This document shows positions 60,805 to 64,000 of a DNA stretch of 64,000 nt, piece by piece. The DNA is taken from the NCBI GenBank assembly GCA_963816235.1, contig CAWFKD010000011.1:11069-75068 (forward strand). Direction: 5' to 3'. The stretch's first letter is position 1; each line of letters begins with the position of its first letter. Both the position numbers and the translations under genes were made by a program. The notes below the pieces were generated by a model, which worked only from the letters and a program-made list of their open reading frames with translations, was not told the DNA's origin and ran no database searches. The stretch comes from an uncultured Alphaproteobacteria bacterium (GTDB lineage: Bacteria; Pseudomonadota; Alphaproteobacteria; Dongiales; Dongiaceae).

Positions 60805-61617
60805 CTACCTATTCTCATCCAGAAATTCCGGCCGTGTCTTCTCGCCGATCAGGCAATCGATCCGCGGTGCCATCTGCGTCGCTTGCGCCGGCACGATCTC
60901 CGGCTCCCGCCCGGCGATCTCCAGCACCAGCTTGCGGCGGATGGCTTCGGCCAGTTGCTCGGGCGCCTGCACGGAAATCGAGAACGCGCCGGGGCCGCCG
61001 ATCACGCAGTCCTCGTAGTAGATATCGAGCAGCCCGGCCGGCAGACTGAACATCGTGCCGGGATGCAGCGTCAGGGGCAGGCCGTTGATGGTGATGCCGC
61101 GCGCCAGCACCGCCTCGCGCATCGGCACCACCGGCGGCCCCATATTGTTCGGCCCGTCGCCGGAGATGTCGATCACCTGGCGCGCGCTGGCGAAGCCGTT
61201 GCCCTCGAACAGCGCGCTGGAGAAGGCGAGGGCGGCGGAGATCGAGGTGCCGCGGATGCGCGGGCTCTCCGCCTGCGCCAGCTCGGCCGACACCGCCTCG
61301 GCCGCCGCCTTGCCGTCCACCAGCCGCCAGGGCATCACCAGTGTCTGCGATTTCGGTCCGGCCCATTCGACATAGGCCACGGCGATCTTGCCCGTCATGC
61401 CCGAGGTAATCGCCGCGATCACATCTGGATGCAGGAACGCATCGACGTAGCCGTCGCGCTGGAGCTTCCGCTCCTCGACATCCATCGAACCGGACACGTC
61501 GACCGCCAGAACGAGCTCGAGATCGACGGGAACGTCCTGGGCTGATATCGAGGCGGGCGGCAACACGCATAGCGCCGCTGCGCACGCCACCATGGCCCTG
61601 AACATCTGCCTACTCAT
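60805..61617 (-). CDS. DUF1194-domain (vWA-like) periplasmic protein
   Basis: Signal peptide, then LELVLAVDVSGSMDVEERKLQRDGY...VIDISGDGPNN...ARGITINGLP, as in the DUF1194 family. Confidence 0.8.
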   Translation of the reverse strand: MSRQMFRAMVACAAALCVLPPASISAQDVPVDLELVLAVDVSGSMDVEERKLQRDGYVDAFLHPDVIAAITSGMTGKIAVAYVEWAGPKSQTLVMPWRLVDGKAAAEAVSAELAQAESPRIRGTSISAALAFSSALFEGNGFASARQVIDISGDGPNNMGPPVVPMREAVLARGITINGLPLTLHPGTMFSLPAGLLDIYYEDCVIGGPGAFSISVQAPEQLAEAIRRKLVLEIAGREPEIVPAQATQMAPRIDCLIGEKTRPEFLDENR

Positions 61618-61745
61618 TGCTCGTCCATCTCAGGAAGCGCCCGATCGGTCACACAGTTAAGTCGACCACGAGCTGAGTATGAAAGCACAGATGCGTGAAG
61701 TATGGATATGTTCGGACCGAACTGGTGTGGCGAACACTAATCAGT

Positions 61746-61810
61746 CCCCTCTCCCCTTGAGGGAGAGGGCGGCTATCGGCCGCTCTGCGGCCGATAGCCG
61801 GGTGAGGGGT
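61746..61810. repeat. composite palindromic element, left copy
   Basis: Hairpin ccctctccc-cttga-gggagaggg, then hairpin ggctatcggcc-gctctgc-ggccgatagcc, then GGGTGAGGGG. Confidence 0.65.
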
Positions 61811-61910
61811 TTCGCGCTGAAGCGCGCAAAGAGGCGTTGCTCAATTCAGTGTTCTTGCCTCTGAAGAGATTCTGCTTACGGAAGGTACTATTGCTGCGGG
61901 AGGCCGACTC

Positions 61911-61998
61911 TTCTGGCGCCTATCGGCGCCGACCCCTCACCCGAGAAACATCCGCTGCGCGGACGTTTCTCGGCCTCTCCCGCAAGGGGAGAGGGGGC
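61911..61998. repeat. composite palindromic element, right copy in inverted orientation
   Basis: ggcgcctatcggcgcc, then ACCCCTCACCC (reverse complement of the left-copy tail), then hairpin gagaaacatccgc-tgc-gcggacgtttctc, then hairpin cctctccc-gcaa-ggggagagg. Confidence 0.65.
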
Positions 61999-62021
61999 CA
62001 GATTTAGGAGAACGCGCCGCT

Positions 62022-62687
62022 CTACCTCGCCGCCGCCTTCGCCCGCTTCGGCTTCGACGGGCCCGCGAGATAGTCGTCGATCTCGCCGGTCAGCTCGTCC
62101 AGCTTGTCGTGGAAGAAATGGTTGGCGCCTTCCACCAGCCGGTAGTCGATGTTGATGTCCCGCTGGTTCGACAGCTTCTGCACCAGCTTGTTCACCGACT
62201 CCGCCGGCACGATGTCGTCTTCGTCGCCCTGGATCACCAGGCCGGAGGAGGGGCAGGGGGCGAGGAAGCTGAAATCGTACATGTTCGCCGGCGGCGAGAT
62301 GGAGATGAAGCTGGAGATCTCCGGCCGCCGCATCAGCAGCTGCATGCCAATCCAGGCGCCGAAGGAGAAGCCGGCCACCCAGCAGGCCGCCGCATTCGGG
62401 TTATGGGCCTGCAGCCAGTCCAGCGCCGACGCCGCATCGCTCAGCTCGCCCTCGCCGCGGTCGAACCGACCTTGGGACCGGCCGACGCCGCGGAAGTTGA
62501 ACCGCAGCACCGCATAGCCGCGCTTCTGGAACGTCTGGTAGACGGCATACACGACCTTGTTGTTCATCGTGCCGCCATGCTGCGGATTGGGGTGCAGCAC
62601 GATCGCAATAGGCGAGGTCGGCTCCCGGCCAGGCTGGTAACGGGCTTCGATCCGGCCTTCCGGTCCGTTGATGATGACTTCAGGCAT
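62022..62687 (-). CDS. alpha/beta hydrolase (short, KANL3/Tex30-like)
   Basis: 221 aa with LHPNPQHGGTM, nucleophile elbow GFSFGAW and GANHFF. Confidence 0.8.
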   Translation of the reverse strand: MPEVIINGPEGRIEARYQPGREPTSPIAIVLHPNPQHGGTMNNKVVYAVYQTFQKRGYAVLRFNFRGVGRSQGRFDRGEGELSDAASALDWLQAHNPNAAACWVAGFSFGAWIGMQLLMRRPEISSFISISPPANMYDFSFLAPCPSSGLVIQGDEDDIVPAESVNKLVQKLSNQRDINIDYRLVEGANHFFHDKLDELTGEIDDYLAGPSKPKRAKAAAR

Positions 62688-62789
62688 TCAATGACGGCTT
62701 CCCAGCCACGTTCGGTCTTTTGACGCCAAACTTCCGTTGGCGTTTTCAACCATTTGTTATTACTGATTCATCGGGCCGTCCGACCAAAT

Positions 62790-62818
62790 CTTGACCAATT
62801 TAGTCGGATATACTATAT
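62790..62818 (+). promoter_or_regulatory. sigma70-type promoter of cysE: exact CTTGAC-N17-CTATAT
   Basis: CTTGAC is at 62790-62795 and CTATAT at 62813-62818, with 17-nt spacing. This is identical to the published rhizobial housekeeping promoter consensus. It lies ~70 nt upstream of the cysE ATG. Confidence 0.6.
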
Positions 62819-62886
62819 GCCTACAAGGAGCGGGCACACACCCCGACGCCGGCCGAGACCTGAGCCAAGGCGGACGGGATCATATC

Positions 62887-63660
62887 ATGTTGGGTCGCAT
62901 GCTTTTCAAGAACATTCGCGACGATATCGACGGCATGATCGCCCGGGACCCTGCCGCCCGGTCGCGACTGGAAGTTGTGCTTACCTATCCGGGTTTCCAT
63001 GCGGTGGTCCTCTACCGCGCCGCGCATTGGCTGTTTGTGCGCCATTGGCGCCTGCTGGCGAGAATGGTTTCCCATTTCGGCCGCCTGATCACGGGCATCG
63101 ACATTCACCCCGGCGCCACCATCGGCCGCCGCCTGTTCATCGACCATGGCACCGGCCTGGTGATCGGCGAAACGGCGGAGATCGGCGACGATGTCACGCT
63201 TTATCAGGGCGTTACCCTCGGCGGCGTGGCGCCGTCGGTGGACTCCGCCGCGCAGATCGACCGCAAGCGCCATCCCACCCTGCGCAACAACGTCATCGTC
63301 GGCTCCGGCGCCCAGGTGCTGGGTCCGATCACCGTGGGCGAGGGCGCGCGGGTCGGCGCCAATGCCGTGGCCGTCGCCGATGTGCCTGCTGGAGTCACCG
63401 TGGTCGGCATCCCCGCCAAGGTGATCGTGCCGCGCAAGGCCTCGCAGGAGTTCCGCGCTTACGGCATGCCGACCGACGATATCGCCGATCCCATCACTCG
63501 CGCCATCGACGGGCTGCTGGACCAGGTGTCCCGCCTCAAGGCCCGCGTCGAGCAGCTCGAAGGCGAGGCCGCGCACCGCGCCGGCAATGGTGAGGCCGAA
63601 ACGCCTGTCACCACGCCGGTGACAATCAATCCCGAGGATCGCCACACGCCGGACTGCTAG
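62887..63660 (+). CDS. cysE: serine O-acetyltransferase
   Basis: [22 protein letters not shown], hexapeptide repeats ([27 protein letters not shown]). Starts at ATG 62887 or 62899. The TTG at 62791 in the ORF track overlaps the -35 box and is rejected. Confidence 0.9.
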   Translation: MLGRMLFKNIRDDIDGMIARDPAARSRLEVVLTYPGFHAVVLYRAAHWLFVRHWRLLARMVSHFGRLITGIDIHPGATIGRRLFIDHGTGLVIGETAEIGDDVTLYQGVTLGGVAPSVDSAAQIDRKRHPTLRNNVIVGSGAQVLGPITVGEGARVGANAVAVADVPAGVTVVGIPAKVIVPRKASQEFRAYGMPTDDIADPITRAIDGLLDQVSRLKARVEQLEGEAAHRAGNGEAETPVTTPVTINPEDRHTPDC

Positions 63661-63690
63661 ACTGCGGCAGTCCGACGAGGCGAGCCGCCG

Positions 63691-64000
63691 ATGAATTCCC
63701 CTGTTTATCTCGATTACAACGCCACCGCGCCGCTGCGCCCGTCTGCCGCGGAGGCCATGGCGCGGGCGCAGGGCTGACCGGCAATCCATCCTCCGTCCAC
63801 AGCTTCGGCCGCCAGGCGCGGGCGGCGGTGGAGACCGCGCGGGAGCAGGTGGCAGCGTTGGCAGGCGCCAAGCCGGCGCAGCTGGTGTTCACCTCGGGCG
63901 GCACGGAGGCCAACAATCTGGCGCTGGCCGGCTCCGGCCGCGCGCGCCTTCTCGTCTCAGGGATCGAACATGACTCCATCCTGACCGCCGCACGCCACAG
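63691..64000 (+). pseudogene. cysteine desulfurase (NifS/IscS class V aminotransferase), 5' part; frame lesion at ~63773; continues beyond window
   Basis: [28 protein letters not shown] then TGA. The frame shifted by -1 (or +2) continues [29 protein letters not shown]...[13 protein letters not shown]. Confidence 0.75.

Noticed and set aside
62791-62886. TTG start extending cysE by 32 codons
   Set aside because: The TTG is part of the CTTGAC -35 box of a consensus promoter. The extension is not SAT-like.

Overview
High-GC (by eye ~63-66%) chromosomal segment with alphaproteobacterial gene content (NDUFA12-like, DUF2155, DUF1194, CTTGAC-N17-CTATAT promoter type). It is mostly housekeeping and envelope genes. 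I found no rRNA, tRNA, CRISPR array, transposase or integrase. Left to right: the 3' end of a HerA-type ATPase, two unusual secreted proteins, and an M20 amidohydrolase. Next is a complete minus-strand chemotaxis cluster (STAS-cheA-cheW-mcp-cheR-cheB-cheY). Then come small-molecule enzymes and transporters, NDUFA12-like/mlaD/DUF2155, aat, and aroQ-accB-accC. Then MFS, SDR, DsbA, M48 protease, an aminotransferase, rne, an amidase, PBP1A, and prfB with its canonical programmed +1 frameshift site. Then an OmpR/EnvZ-type two-component system divergent from a small periplasmic protein plus degP, followed by bcp, glnE and a large AsmA-like protein. Then a hydantoinase/oxoprolinase plus branched-chain-type ABC transporter cluster, tyrS, anmK, DUF1194, an alpha/beta hydrolase, cysE, and the start of a cysteine desulfurase. 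Three observations stand out. (1) About 30 reading-frame lesions occur in otherwise recognisable genes, and about 28 behave as single-base insertions. They hit genes expected to be essential (accC, rne), and about 20 are concentrated in the 8.6-kb hyu/ABC cluster. This points to consensus (sequencing/assembly) error more than to natural decay, and it must be resolved before any pseudogene claim. (2) The two-component system/degP region has a Cpx-like layout, with six GTAAC boxes in the divergent promoter, including a GTAAC-N5-GTAAC tandem. (3) Three intergenic regions carry families of REP-like palindromic repeats. I see no clearly novel multi-gene system (for example a defence island). The Cpx-like circuit and the two orphan secreted proteins are the best candidates for new biology. 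All family assignments come from reading the translations by eye; no searches were run.
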